Positions 49,995-64,000 of a stretch of 64,000 nucleotides of DNA are shown here, piece by piece; within the stretch, counting starts at the first letter, position 1; each line of letters begins with the position of its first letter. The notes under the pieces are model-generated. The model did not search any database, had not been told where the DNA came from, and saw only the letters and a program-made list of their open reading frames with translations. The stretch spans positions 434,001-498,000 of the forward strand of contig JASANG010002792.1 of the NCBI GenBank assembly GCA_030248215.1, in the 5' to 3' direction. The position numbers and the translations under genes were made by a program. This DNA is from Enoplolaimus lenunculus. Taxonomy: Eukaryota.

Positions 49995-51275
49995 TGCCTA
50001 GGCCTAAAGGATAAAAGTCGACAAGAGTCAAATTGTTTAAATTTTACTGGTTCCTCAATTGTTAAATTTGGTTAAAAAGGTGGGTTGATGAAGATTTGAA
50101 TCATATTACTGAGTTGAACTTAATTCTCGGAAAGTCAAAGTTTAGTTTGACGCCCACAGATGTCTTGCAGTATAGAAACAAATGTACTTTCTCAGTCTAA
50201 CATCTTTGGCTGTACAAACTAGACTTTGCTGAATGTTTTGCTGGATAGTTTAGCGAGTAACTAAAAAATACGGTAAAAAATAAACAAAGTCTTTATTATA
50301 GTTGAAATTCCTCAAACTTATAAATACGTTTTTGCAGAAAAAACGATCCAACTAGCTGCTAGTAGTATGCAGCAGTGGGCATCGAATATTTTCCCATTTC
50401 ACGCAATCCCGCCGGATATTTATCCCGATATCCGTGCACATCTGAAAGCCGATTACAAAATAAAGCTAAATCTGAAACAGGAACATGATTTTTTTAATCA
50501 ACGACGATTTTATGAAAACAATATTTTACGCTTGGCAGGTGGTTGAACGACTGAATCACGAAAATTCATCGCCCGAATCTTCGTACCTGACATTTCCTAG
50601 ACCTGACAATTTATTGGCCATTATGTCTCTAAGCTAAGGCTTAGGCTTAATAGGTTCAGACTCTATTAGGTTTTAAATATTATGCTTTGGTTTACGCTTA
50701 GGCTTTGCACACTGTAATGCGATAAGTTCTCGAGCAACGAATTGTCGTAGAATCCAACTGGCACCAATTTATAGCGCTGTGTCTTATGCACAGATCGTCT
50801 GAAAATTCGATAGAAAAAATATCCACTTTTGTCGGAAATGTAGTCCGTTAGCTGCTGCTGGACAATCTACGGTGCTATGCGGGATTTTATTATGGAGATT
50901 ATAGGATCTATAACTTAATGTAAACATTGTTTTTGGAGTCAGCAGCACACCATAACGTGAGTTTTGCTGTTGTCTTCAAAGTTTTGCTGTTGTCTTCAAA
51001 CATTTTCAAGGTTATGCATCTGCTGAGGCGTATCCTTTCTCTCTGCTTATAGGATCGATCTAAGTACCGTAATCAGGCACAACTGGGATAGCGGAAAACG
51101 CGGAAGCCGCAGCTGGAGGCGGCGCAAAATTAGGTAAGAAAAAGAACGTTGCATCGATTTGGCTGTTTAGAACCTGTGGAGACAGAGTTATTTAATCGAC
51201 CAGACCATTAGTTATTTCTTTCGGAGCAGGCCAAAACCAATCCCAATCCGTCGTTTCGCCACTGCATTGAGCATC

Positions 51276-54200
51276 TTACAGCTTTCGATTTGGCCGCTTA
51301 GAGGCTGATGTAACAGAACTGTTCGATGATCCGAGGACAACCTTTTTTCGCACATTTCGTTCTGACGCGCTTCGCTCGAATCGTTTTGTTAACTCGCTAA
51401 CTTTGCGTTGTTTTTCAACGTGCCTGCCGTCAAATGGATTCCATCCTAACGCACCCGAGTCTGACGAGCTTGAACTTTCTGATACTTCTATTAAACTTTC
51501 TGGATCGCCTAACGATAACGTTGGGCTTGTTCTTGTTGCGATCACACGCGGAGCAATCTGCAATTTATAGTTAAAACAGGAATATATTCAACATTTACAA
51601 AAGTGTGCGCAACTGGGAACTGAGCACTGTCCCTGTGGAAAATATTGGTGTCTAGCGCGCGTTGCGATTTGTCGTTTATTCCGCCCTGTTTGTAGAGCGT
51701 ATGAAGTATTTAACGTAGCGAATTGCAGGGTTACAATTTTCTGTGTTTTGTCTCGACTTAAAACGTAAAAAGTTTTGAATTTGTCATTTTGAATGTGACT
51801 CAAAACAATCTGAATTGGCGAAAAAGCTAGAAGCTGACTAGTAAAAGATGTTTTTGTGCGCGGAATGAAAATTTTTCTAGCACAATCAATGATTTGTGGA
51901 TATTCTACTGGGGTCGCAAAGCTGTCAGTGAACGAACAATGCTCTTTTTTGAAAACAATCAGCAAACTACAGTTGTATACCTTTTTAGTTGTATCAACTT
52001 GAACAGCTCGATCAATATGATTTAAAGTTTTAAATCGCGTAAGGCCATGACTGTTGTCTTGTTCGTCAATTTCGTTCGCATCTGATTTGCTACGCGGTCG
52101 GAAACAATTTGTGCCATCTGGTTTGTTCTGGCCGTTTACTGGGTCACAGGTCGATGGAATGTGATCGTCGCCTGAATTTTGAGTTGACCTCAGTATGCTG
52201 GAATGCAACGCTTCTAGATCGGACGGGTCTCCGTGCAAGTTTCCAGTGCACACTAATTTCCAAAAATCTGTAATCAGTGTTGGTTTCGTTGCAAGACACT
52301 CTAGAGAATATTTCAGCGTTGGCGAAACGCATTCGGTAGAGCGAGATTTAGTTAGTTTTTTAAATTTCGACCGAAGTGACATTTTTCGACCTGTCGGTGC
52401 TTCATAACAAGATCCATTTTCAGTAATCGTCATTTCCACCATATCTGCCTTATCCTGAGCTTGTGGTAAATCAGTTTGCGCCCCAACCTCATTCATCAAT
52501 GGAATATTTGGCTGTTCGCATTGGATTTGAGCATCTTCCAACGCGTTGTTATCAGTTTGAACACTTATTTCGTCAGAGATCAATAAGCTGAGCAGCGTTT
52601 GTGTGATACTATCAAAACATTCAATCAAAGTCGTTTGCGATGTGGTGTCGTTTTTGTCAACGTCTGTTTTCTCGGTTTGCGAGCTGGTGTGCTGAAACGA
52701 ATCGTCCAAATCAGATCGCAGGGTTTGTGAAGTATTTTGAGCAATTGCAGTAGCATCAGTTTGTGACACTGCATGACGATGATCAAAGTACGACACACTA
52801 GTTTGAGTTTTTCGTTGAGTGCGATTTGAGAGTAATTGCGTCTGACACGCAGAATGTGATTTTGGCCGTTTCGCCGCTGATATACAGCTGTCAATGACGT
52901 CATCCGTTTCGTCCACGTGTAGCAGAGTTAGTTTAGTTTGGTTACACGCCTCGCTGAAAGTTCTCGGTGCTGCTTGAAGCAATAAAGATGTATCTGAAGT
53001 TTTATACGTTAGATCTTGATCACAATCATCAGATTCTGTGTTATGAACAAATTCTGGCACGAGTTGTAACTGCGAATTATCACAAGACAGCGAATTAAAA
53101 GTGGGTTTGAAACTCAATGATGATTGTGAGGAAGTTTCAGACGAATTTGTATTTGAAATAACGCTAGTTTGAGTAGCGGAATGTTGTTTGTCTACGGACG
53201 CCGTTTGTACACCAACAGTTGTGTACGACAAACGCTTCGACGCTTCGCTATGAGCTGCTTGTACAGCTTTGTTGATCAGCGTAGCACAGATTGGGATAGC
53301 GTTTTTGCCTTCGATTTCTAATATTTCAATTTGTTGTTTTGTTGAAGCTAAAATATTTGATTTTGAGTTGTTGTTAATATTGTCTAATCGGTCCATGCCA
53401 TGTTTTACTAAAAAGGCGGCTGATCGGTTCATTTTCAGAATCAGTTCGAGATTCAGCATCGATTTATGATATAAATATGGGTGGAGCAAGGATTTGGAAA
53501 GAACGGGATTTTTCATTGGAATTTCGGCCCATGTTACTTACTTTCAGGGGCGTCCAGCATTCTGGTGGGTCTAAAAAGAGTAGGTTTAGATTCTAGATTA
53601 CAATTTTTTGCTTAGGCTTAGGCTTAGGAATACGTTTAATCTACTGTTACGCCCCTTAAAGTAACATTGGCCGAAATTTCAACGTTGCTGTTTTTCTTTT
53701 TAGAAATTACCTGAATAAACTTCTTAGAAATCGATTGAATACAAAACAAAATAAAGGTTTATTTGACCGTTAGACCTTTTTAGTACGATATTTTCGATTT
53801 TCTACCAAACCGCACAAACTCCATTAATTAATGTTAAAAATGTCACAAAAAACAGCTCATTGCTCATCTAATCGTCACACTAATTTGAGAAAATTTCAAT
53901 TGCAACAACCGATGCGAAATCTGCGTTTGCAGTCAGACACTTTAAGATAAATGTTGCAGTCAACTGCATCCGAAAATACTGTACTGTTGAAACAAAGTTC
54001 ACTGTGATATTAATGATTTGTATCTATTGACCCTTGGACCTTACCGATTGCTTCTTCTGTTGAATCAGCAGATAGAAACTGCGGCAATCCTGTTCGCGGA
54101 TCCAAAATACTCATTATAGCCGGAAGTGTGATGCCCTGCTCTTTTGCTTCTTTTTCAACTTTTACAAACATTAATTGCTTTTTGTCATTGCTAAAATAGA

Positions 54201-57200
54201 GTTCGTTTGTCACTTGGTGCAGTTGAAAGCTTCTGTTTGTACACTTTTGTAAGTATCACGAACGTACAAATTCTATCTTGGTCGTTTTTAATGAATCATT
54301 GTAGGTTTCTAATTTCCGACCGTAAAATAAAAAAATCTACTATTCACAAATTACACTGAACAAACGATGAAACGCGTTTTGTTATCAGACACAAAAAATT
54401 TCCTACTAAAGCTGACAATCTATTAAGTATTACGAGGAAAAATAAATATAACTCATACTAATAAATACCTAAGCAGCATGTCAACAATTTTAATACTCGG
54501 ACTCGAGTTCCACGATTTAATCAAATCCACAGACGCGTCAAATTCACTTTCGCCAGAATCGACAACTTTAACGTAATCGGTGATCAGTTTACCAAGCATT
54601 CGTAAATAAATATTTTCCATTTCCGCTTGAACCATACTAAAGCACACCGATGTTAGTGATAGTCCGATAAAAATAAAACCAATATTCAGGACCATATACT
54701 GTGGATACTTCGGCGCTATGTCGCCCAGGCCTGAAGAAGTACATATTATAAGCTTTCAGAGAATGATAAGGCAACCCTTGTTTGGCAAAATTGTGGTCGG
54801 TCCGTTGTAAATTAGGAAATCAACAGTGAGTTTTATCTTTAGCTTTCAGTATTGCCAATTTTTAATTACATATGTAAACAAGCTAGGACCCATGTAAAAA
54901 TCAGACGAATGGTTTTTACCGAATTGCAATAGAGTAAGCTTAGGATTTAGGCAATTTTTTGCATACATTTAAACTTACGCCTTGAATTGCGTGAGTTCTT
55001 TCTTATGCTTTGGCTTAGGTTTTAGATTTACGAATATGGTTATGCTACGGTTGCGGCCACGTTCTGTGCACTGGCCAAAAACGAGTACGAAGTAAACTTC
55101 AATTTTAGATGCACGCACCAATGTGTCACATTTTAGATGCACGCACCGATGCACGCACCAATGTGTCACATTTTAGATGCACGCACCGATGCACGCACCA
55201 ATGTGTCACATTTTAGATGCACGCACCAATGTGTAACATTTTAGATGCACGCACCATTGTGTCACATTTTAGATGCACGCACCGATGCACGCACCAATGT
55301 GTGACATTTTAGATGTACGCACCGATGCACGCACCAATGTGTGACATTTTAGATGTACGCACCGATGCACGCACCAATGTGTCACATTTTAGATGCACGC
55401 ACCGATGCACGCACCAATGTGTCACATTTTAGATGCACGCACCGATGCACGCACCAATGTGTCACAGTTTAGATGCACGCACCAATGTGTCACATTTTAG
55501 ATGCACGCACCAATGTGTCACATTTTAGATGCACGCACCGATGCACGCACCAATGTGTCACATTTTAGATGCACGCACCAATGTGTCACATTTTAGATGC
55601 ACGCACCAATGTGTCACATTTTAGATGCACGCACCAATGTGTCACTTGCTCGCCTACCTATGGTGCTGAGGCTAATAAAGAAAAAATAAAACGAAGTGCC
55701 GTAATCCCACTGCTCCCAGATACAAAACAGTCCAGCACACGCAAACAACCACAAGAACGTAATAACAATCCATTCCGCAGTTGGTGCGTTGTCTGTTTTT
55801 GTTTTCAGATGAAACTGATGAGTATAGCGATCAATCTAAAATTAACAACTTTTTGAACTAAATACACGAATAGCAAAAATAGCGCAAACGAAAACGGAAA
55901 CGATACTGATCGACAAAACGGCGAAACCGGATATTGAAGTAGAAATCGTTTCAAAGATGTTTTATTTTGTTCTGCCGATCCAATTGATGCGTGCAAATAT
56001 TCACTGGGATATTTTTATTTTGCAAGAAACAAATAGCGGATGCACCCAAATTTTAAACGATTTTGAATGAAGATGCCGCATTTAATAGTTTCATATCAAA
56101 AAATCTGCATAGTGGAATTTAAGCTATTTCATTAACGGAAACAGACATCGATTTTCTCCACAAACCGAAATAGCAACAAATACTCAATAGACCGCATTCT
56201 ACTATGGCATTGGGGGGACACACATGTCCTCCAACGCATGCGAATTTTTTAATAAATATCAAACGAGATAGGAATTTGTTATTAAACTTTGACATGACAG
56301 CTGCTAACTTTTAGCTCAACACATAAAATCATTCATTGCTTACCGCTGTATAAATATCACCACTTGGTCGAAATACTGCTCGGCTGGTTTTTGGAACATT
56401 ACGATCAGATCTTTTCGCAATAAATGAACGTATCGGTGAGTAACAGAACAATTGTTGCGATTTAATCAACGCACAGCTATGATGACTTAAAAAATTAATT
56501 AATTTGAGAAGAATTTTGCTTATATCATTCAATGAGACTAACGCCAATGGAATGCCAAACACAGCGTAGACTATTGTTGCCAGTCGGCCTTGACGAGTCA
56601 CACAGGCAATATGCCCGTATCCTGAAATATATTACAGTTTGCCTTTACAAATTCGAGCGAATAATTAAGTTTTGATTTTGCTTGATCACAAAAGAGAGTT
56701 TATTAGCGTCCTACCGAAATTTATCATATGCAAAACAATTGCTTCTGTATATATTAATTTCGCCTCAATTAATTATTTCGAACGTAAGTTTTTGAATTGA
56801 CCAAAGAGAGAATGTTAATTTGAACTACAGGTACACTGTGAAGTGATCGTTGAAACATTTTATTGATTGTCATCAGCATATACAGAACCTTGCACTGATA
56901 TTATTTTAAAGTACTCATTGTGATCTTATAGGCAGCTAATTAGTGCTCATTTTGTTCGTGAACACAATAAAACCCAGCTGTTTGGTTACAGTAGCAGTTT
57001 TTCGTTGGCTTACGCCAAGTATTTGCTCCCCTCGTCAATTTTTTGTTTTTGCTTTAGAGACTGTGTTTAATACGTCAAGGCACTATAGGCAAATTTACGT
57101 CAATAAACGCAAATTAACATAACTAGGTACTGTAGTGACCTGAATAAGAGGGAGGACTGATATTTATTTGGATTTTCAAAGGATGCCCTCGGTTGATCGG

Positions 57201-59440
57201 TTACGAACTGTTAGTTATTTTTAAACCCACCCTCCGCCCCCTTACTGATACACATGTAGTATTGCAACTGTCCGTTGAATTAAACGTTTATTTGTCTTGT
57301 ATCAAAAACTTGAGCGATAATGCAAGGTTATACTTGGGAATGTACTTTCAAAACTTAAATATGCTTTAAAGTTTCGAACTCACAACTTTATTTGGTCCTG
57401 GAGTCATTTATGCACTAGAATTAGGGATAATTGATAATTACGGGCTCTAATTACGGTTTATGGACTCTATCCGCTTACCAACTCTTATTAAGGATGACGA
57501 CTCCAATTGATTGGGTCAGTACACTTATGTAAAGTTCAGTGCCGTGAAACGTGCCCCCCAATCCGCCGGTCGGGTGGGAGCAAGCTATCAAAGACCCAAT
57601 TTTGCCAGAAATAAAATTACGTTATGTTCAACACCCAATGGTGTGGACGACATGTGAAATTTTTGCAACACCTTATAGATATGTGTCGTTCCGAAACGTG
57701 TACTTAATTTGACTTTAGCAATTTCTGTGAATACAAATTTCGCTCCGTCGCATCAACTTCGCGGTCGTAGACTTCCCAATGTCGGCCGTGAGTACATTTA
57801 ATCAATTCAACTATATGACAGCGGTGCACAACAATACCAAGATAACTCTGACAGGCATTAATAACTGTCTTGATACGAAAACGACTACTAAGTTCTGCAC
57901 TGCCGTATACTTCAGAGAACAATTTCATGACAACGTTTAGCGTCATGCGGGCGGACGCCTCGTGAAAATTAGTATATTTACATGTGGCACATTTTTCTGG
58001 TTTGGGAGGTTTAATACCACCTAATCACTGCCTTGTGTAAGTTTTTCAAACCAGAACTTTGTTACTCACAACAAATCAAGTGCACCTAAAAACTGAAGCA
58101 ATTTTTCCAATGTTTTTTTAGCTCAATCCTCTAATGTGAACTTGGACCGTTTTTTTCACATGTGTATAGCAACTATCATCAGCTAGGAATAGGTTTTGAA
58201 ACTCACTAACTATTGCAGTTGTTAAGCTCAAACGTGGTACATGAGTAGAACAAGTCATATGTAAAAAATGTGCTGAAACTTTAGCCTCAGCATTCACTGG
58301 TTCGAAAGTAGCAAAACCTACCACCTACTGGTGACAAAATTACCAAATAATGTGAAAATTTTTGCTCGGCACTTTCGCTGACAGAATAGCTCCCATATGC
58401 CCTTATATCCGTCAGTGTTGCATTCATCGTTAAGTCGCTCTCATTCAACGACGCAAAATATTTCTGTAGATTCATCTGAGTTATTGACACAATTATTATT
58501 AGTATATCATTTGTGTAAAGACGGTGTTGCCCGAAGCGCTAAATGATGTATCAACCTTCCAAATAAATATGCGTAACAATATGGTAAGGAACGCGGAGAA
58601 TTGAACGCGTCTGCTCTTTTAATTCAATAAAGATTGTCTTTGATTTCGGCGACATTTCTGCTTTACAGCCTAGACGGTATACCTATACTCTACAGGGTTT
58701 CTAGCGTTTCACACGTGTGTGTTATCAAACAATTAAGGTAAAAATAAATCTAAAAAGATTTAAAGTACACGTTTACTCTCCATCAACACAAAGTTCATCT
58801 GCAAATAATGACGGGACAATAAAATGGTCTTAGGACAACGTTAAGCTAAAGCTTGAACCCATCTCTTAGGCTTAACCTTAGGATGTCTTCATTGAAATTA
58901 ACACAAGCGATGGGTAAAGTAAAGCAAGTGGCACCAACAATATGTCTTACCAATAGTTGTATAAATTGTAACCGAGTACAAAATAGCGTTCCACGTATCC
59001 CAATCGGTTTCAAGCTCCACGTTAAGTTCTGATTGAGCATTTTCGTACGCCAACAACAACGACCGCAGATACTGATCAAGGGATACTCGGCGAACAATTG
59101 CCGCAGTGAATTGCGCACGTTTAATGTCAGAAATTAAATTTTCACGCGCACGAGTAATTTGTTGTTGACGTTGATGTTTTGTGGTAATATCTGCGTTTCG
59201 TTCGAACGCTTGAAACATTAGCGTTCCAATACCGGTGTAAACAACTAAAATTGTCACTGATATTAAATGCTTTAGTTGGAGCATATGCGATGCTGTCGTA
59301 ATTATGGATTTTACTCGATGTGGGCAACAAGTTGAACGGTGAGATGATTGCAACTTTGGTTGTGGTTTACTATTGAGTTCGGAAGCAGTTATTTGATTCT
59401 CTGACAGTTTGTGTTCACGTGCCGATTCTACATCCTCCAT
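51276..59440 (-). CDS. Two-pore-domain potassium channel (K2P/TWK family) with long C-terminal tail
   Basis: Exons: 59440 (first in-frame ATG; true start uncertain)-58951 (M1; WNAILYSVTIYTTIG), 56621-56344 (YGH..VFGIPL, M2), 55814-55658 (M3; YFFFISLSTIG), 54730-54469 (LGDIAP, M4), 54190-54045, 53407-51981, 51557-51276. Phases are consistent. The two pore loops read TTIGYG and STIGLG. Confidence 0.88.
53527..53672. mobile_element. MITE family C copy
   Basis: ggcccatgttact..ggggcgt / acgccccttaaagtaacattggcc. Flanks are ggaatttc and gaaatttc. Confidence 0.75.
55103..55645. repeat. 28/40-bp minisatellite (ttttagatgcacgcacc[gatgcacgcacc]aatgtgtcaca)n
   Basis: Highly homogeneous tandem array with an optional 12-bp internal duplication, in a K2P intron. 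Confidence 0.95.
57130..57523. mobile_element. MITE family B copy (degenerate right end)
   Basis: ta|ctgtagtgacctgaataagaggg plus the shared internal sequence. Confidence 0.75.
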
Positions 59441-62400
59441 TTCGAGTCCACGCAGACAGTATACTGATTTGACGTTCTGTGTTGGTTTCTTCAAACACGC
59501 TGTATTCTTGTCGTATACATTTTTGTTTTTGATACAAATCTTTTTTGTCAATCAAACGCAAAAATGCTTTTATTGTAGCATTTCGTCAATATTTATCTAA
59601 ACGTAACCGTACTATTGATTAAAGTTAATATTAAATACATCTGCTTTTGAATGGAAATCAAAGTGGTCAACTTCTCGTGTTAAAACTGGATCACGGCATA
59701 TATAAATGGGAAAAGCTTACAAAGCTATTTTACTGATGATGCTTGCGCTTTGACAAACACATAAAACATGCGCTTTAATTGCGTTTTGGTGCTCAAATGA
59801 TTCTTCTTTATAGTTTCCGCACCTACACAAAATCGTATTGAAAGATACTGTTTCAAAAGCAAAAACGTTTTTCGCGACCTCGCCGCAGCGAGGTCGTGTT
59901 TAGATGGTTGTTCGCTCAATTTTTGAGTTGCATATGCATCATGCACGTAAATTTTATGTTGGTTATAATGCAAGAATGTGTTATTGCAGTATATTATCAA
60001 AACAGAGTTTGTTAAAATGGAAATAAAGGCGTATCTACAATACATAGGAAAGTAAACAAAAAGACTAAACATGGTTAATGAAGGAATAGCTTAGGAATAC
60101 ACGGGTAAAGGTTAGTTTCAAAGTGTTGTTAGAATAAACAGAATCCGTGGACGTAGATGTTGAATCGTAGTGATATGTTAAACAACCTGTTTCGAATCGG
60201 ATTTGCGAAGCGTCTTAATACAGAATGCGTACAAATATGCTGAGTTTAATGGCAAACTTTTTATATCCAGCAATAAATCTGTTTTGCAAGAAATTTCACT
60301 TGTTATAGTGTTACTTGTCACACCATCCCATAATCTTGTTTTAACTTATATCATTTTATCTTGTTTGTTGTTTTTACTCGGCCTGTTGCCAAAGATGGCA
60401 GATGGGTTCAACTCAACGTGAAAAAATTAGCTGCCAGTCCCAAGCAAAAATTTCATCTTTTTACAGCCCTAAAAGTAGCGTTGGCCCTCGCTTGCATATA
60501 GGTCGTGGATCATGCAAATTTTTTGCCTATCCACCTGAAAACATTACAGTACTTCATCATGTAGAGCTGACTGAGTGATTGGATTTGTCTTGGTGTGATG
60601 GAGAATGTATATAAAATTAAAAAATTTATTGATCCGATTGAAACAACCACTCCTAGTTTTTATGTTTATATACATTTAATATTATTGGTAAAACCCTTCA
60701 GCTCTTATAATTTTGTTGAATAATTACAATCACAGGGCTCATAGCCAGACGGTGGCCAGGGGGTTCAGCCTCCAGAAATTTTTTCGCACCTCTATATAGA
60801 TAATATGTAGCCTAGCTTATAAGTCATCTGAAATCCTTGGAGGCCCCTCTTAAGAATGTTTCCAGCAAGCATGGTGATAGCTGGCTACGGGGTAGCTTCG
60901 ACAACCGTTCATTGTTGTAAATTTTTCCAAAAAAAGACATTGTCACTTTTTTAAATTAATGAACTCAAAAACGTTTTACATAGAATTAAAAATTTATAAA
61001 ATTTGGTACAAATTTCATAGATTGATACGTATGATATTGCTTGAGTATACAAAGTTCCTATGCATTGACTGACCTACTGTACCTATATCTGCTATACGCA
61101 TTTCTACTTTAAAAAACTTGATGTTCAACCTAAAGGAATAATTGTAGTTTTATTTTAAGTTGTGCTGGTTCCAGGAAATTCACGACTTTTAATTCTTGTA
61201 CCCTTAAGTGTCATAATGAAGATATAACAGACAAACGAAACCAGCCTCCAAATTATACTCGCCTTCATATGGAGCGGTCACGTTTGCACCAGGAAAACAC
61301 TAAACGGCAGCTAAAAAGAATATGATGCATAACTGTGTTAAGTGGATGACAAAGCTCTCGGTAAAAACTGTTCCACCTGTACACGCCAAGAGTGACAAAA
61401 TGCACTCCAGCACACCAGTGAACATTAAAAAATTAACACGAGTTGTGATATTTAATAATATAAAAGGGTTTGAGCAAAAAAAATATTAAACTTCTCAAAT
61501 ATAATAACTGTCTTTAAGGAAAAGCTAAAAATGGTGTTGGAGATGCAAGCGCAGTGTATTTTATGACGAAAATGTTTCTCAATCGCCGGCGTTTCTCATT
61601 GTGCTTCTTTTGTGATGAGCGGCCACGTATTATAAATGCTTGTGCCGACAAAATGTGTAGGTATCGTATTATTTTGTGAGTTTTAATATATAAACATTTT
61701 TAATTTTTCCTAAATATAATGCCATTTTAAATCAAAGGACAGGCGGTTGCATTCAATGGGATATGAAAGTTTTGAGTCTTCAAAATTTTTGGATTTATCG
61801 AATTTTGACATATCTCATTAATGTACGGTATATTATCTGAAATGTGATGAACATCATCACCGGGTTTGGATAAAAAATGGTTACGGCTCCGTATCGATTG
61901 TTGTATTATAATTAATTATAATTTTCGTTCTTTCGGTTCTTTTACCATAAACCCGGAAAAGACCGATATAAATGTGTTCACCTTTGAAGACAACTGCTCT
62001 CGTAGACCGAAAAGGATAAATATTTTTTTAATTTCGCATTAATATGATGGCGACTGTTTGTTGTCAATCATATTGTAATATACTTTGAGACGTTTTCTGT
62101 TATTAGAAACAACACAAGCTTTTAATAAATCATCAACTTCCGCTGTGTTGCATGTTGTATTTTAAGTATGCCTCGCAAAACGGGAATTGTGCAATGAGTA
62201 CACTGCGCGATACGACATGATATTGTGTGGTGACGCGCTCAAAACGAAAATTCGTTCATCATCGTGAATAGAAGTGGACCAGTCAACGTGGTAGCAAATT
62301 TGCAACCCTAAAATATTCTTCACAAAACCTTTTAAGAATGTGTTCTAAGTTGCATATAGGTATATGCTCTCTCTGGTTTATAATATGAAACAGTCGTTAC

Positions 62401-64000
62401 AACAGCTGGAACGCTGCCCAAAATACGTATGTTGGTTGAGTGTTTCAGCTTTACACAGATATAAATAAAATTTCGTTGTGATTTGTCTTCATGCTAAGAA
62501 CCATGGACACATTTTGGCCCCCTAGAAAATTTCAAGTGACAGACGAGGTGTTACAGTAAAACAAGGTATTATTAAAACTGCAGTATATATTGCGAAAGCG
62601 TTTTTCGCTTTTCATCACCACATAATGAAATCTTTTATGTATGACTGTCATTCACTTGCAAATTATCAATGAGTATAAAAGGTCATTATCAGCACATGTA
62701 ATCGTTTTTGTGTCTCAATGTGACCTCAACAGTGCCAAAGCAGATAGAGTTTGGGGCTCTCCACGGACGCCCCAAGCATAGTGGTAGATGCAAGATTTCT
62801 CAGTGATCGATCAGAGGTTCTCCGTCCGAGCTCACACTCGTGTTTGATAGCTGTGAGGACAACCTCCCAAAATGTTTCACACAGAAGTTGCAAAAAGGCG
62901 AGTCTAGAAACTGGATAATGAATCACGCTTCTCGCACAGTGGGAAATTTTTAAACATTGTCTGCTAAAGTAGCTGAACAGCTCACATATTTAGTAAAACT
63001 TTACCAATCTTCATATGCTCTAACACACGGCACACCTCACTTAAAAATTTCTTTTTACCTTCTTTATTATTTCGTTTCATGAGAATCATTTTATATTTAA
63101 GTAAAATTGTAAACCAGCGAGCGTAGCGAGCGAAAAAATTTGTTAACATTTAGCCGCCAACTGGATATTGTAAGGGCTGTGCAGTGTCTAAGCCATTTAA
63201 AAAATCACAGAATGGTAGGATAGTGTCAAACTCGCGTGCGAAGCGACTGCGAAGCCAGACGTATTTCAAATCTTCGGCGTTTTTGGTTCATCGGTTAGGG
63301 CGGAGACCACCAAACGGGGAGTAGGGTGGCTGCTCCGGCCTAAACATTCGAAGCGCTGAAAAAGTGTGTTCTGCAGATGCAGATGATGCTGGATTGACAG
63401 ATAAAGTTCAGCCTTCAACTTCAATCTTTCTACGTCAATATATATCTGCTATACCTATTGTTTTTCAATAATCTGAAGCTCAGGCTGATTAATTTCGTAA
63501 CTGAGCCGGTATTTCTTTTGCGCTATTTGGACTTTTTCTGACATTTCTTGACCATTCTATAAATCCATATGCGAATTTGAGTTTTGAAAAATTTATTTTT
63601 TTGCGTCAAATCACAAGTTTGGACAAAAAATTGTCAGAAATTGCAACGATTACACGAATTTTTCGAAGCTGAACCTAACAGAACTAAGTTTATGGGTCTC
63701 CGACCATATGAGTATGTCATTTTCGCTTCAATTTTATACATCCCACCTGCATGACATGGATAAAAGTTCTAATATATTTGCACAGAATACTTACAGGCGA
63801 GGTCCCACCACTTTGTTTTGGAATTTTTGTTTACAGTAGGAAATCTTCAAAATCATCTGTTGCTTTCGCTTCGGTTTGTTGACTCAAGGTATGTCCGCAG
63901 TAATAACAAAGTATTTCATTTTCACAGCTTTTTAAAATGATTCCAAAAACAATTAATAGCGAAACAATTTTTCTGATGGAACTGTGGAAAAACTCGAGCA

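Noticed and set aside
55103..55645. Regular repeat array superficially like a CRISPR
   Set aside because: There are no unique spacers or cas genes, and it lies in a eukaryotic intron. It is a minisatellite.
57704..58490. Short - strand ORFs in K2P intron 1
   Set aside because: No recognisable motifs and no phase-consistent splice path into the channel or a nested gene.
62728..62943. CACAGTG-like heptamers suggesting Transib/RSS ends
   Set aside because: They are in direct orientation with no partner inverted end, TSD or transposase ORF.

Overview
AT-rich, intron-rich animal genomic DNA, most likely nematode (dispersed TTAGGC telomere-type repeats, TTTTCAG-type acceptors, astacin-ShKT and TWK-like genes). 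Six spliced host genes were reconstructed by hand: the 3' part of a divergent voltage-gated K+ channel (+), an astacin metalloprotease with ShKT domain (+), RNA polymerase III subunit RPC8/POLR3H (+), a p24-gamma/TMED cargo receptor (+), a histidine acid phosphatase (-) and a two-pore K+ channel (-). The main accessory feature is an intact, young BEL/Pao LTR retrotransposon at 22561-30137 on the - strand, with 349-bp LTRs, a GGAGG TSD and an uninterrupted 1782-aa Gag-Pol. In the position where env would sit it carries a second ORF encoding an SGNH/GDSL-hydrolase-like protein with an unknown N-terminal half, preceded by a TTTTCAG splice acceptor. Introns and intergenic DNA hold several MITE families (one carrying telomeric repeats), satellites and small tandem duplications. 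All exon models and domain calls are by-eye motif readings, not database results.
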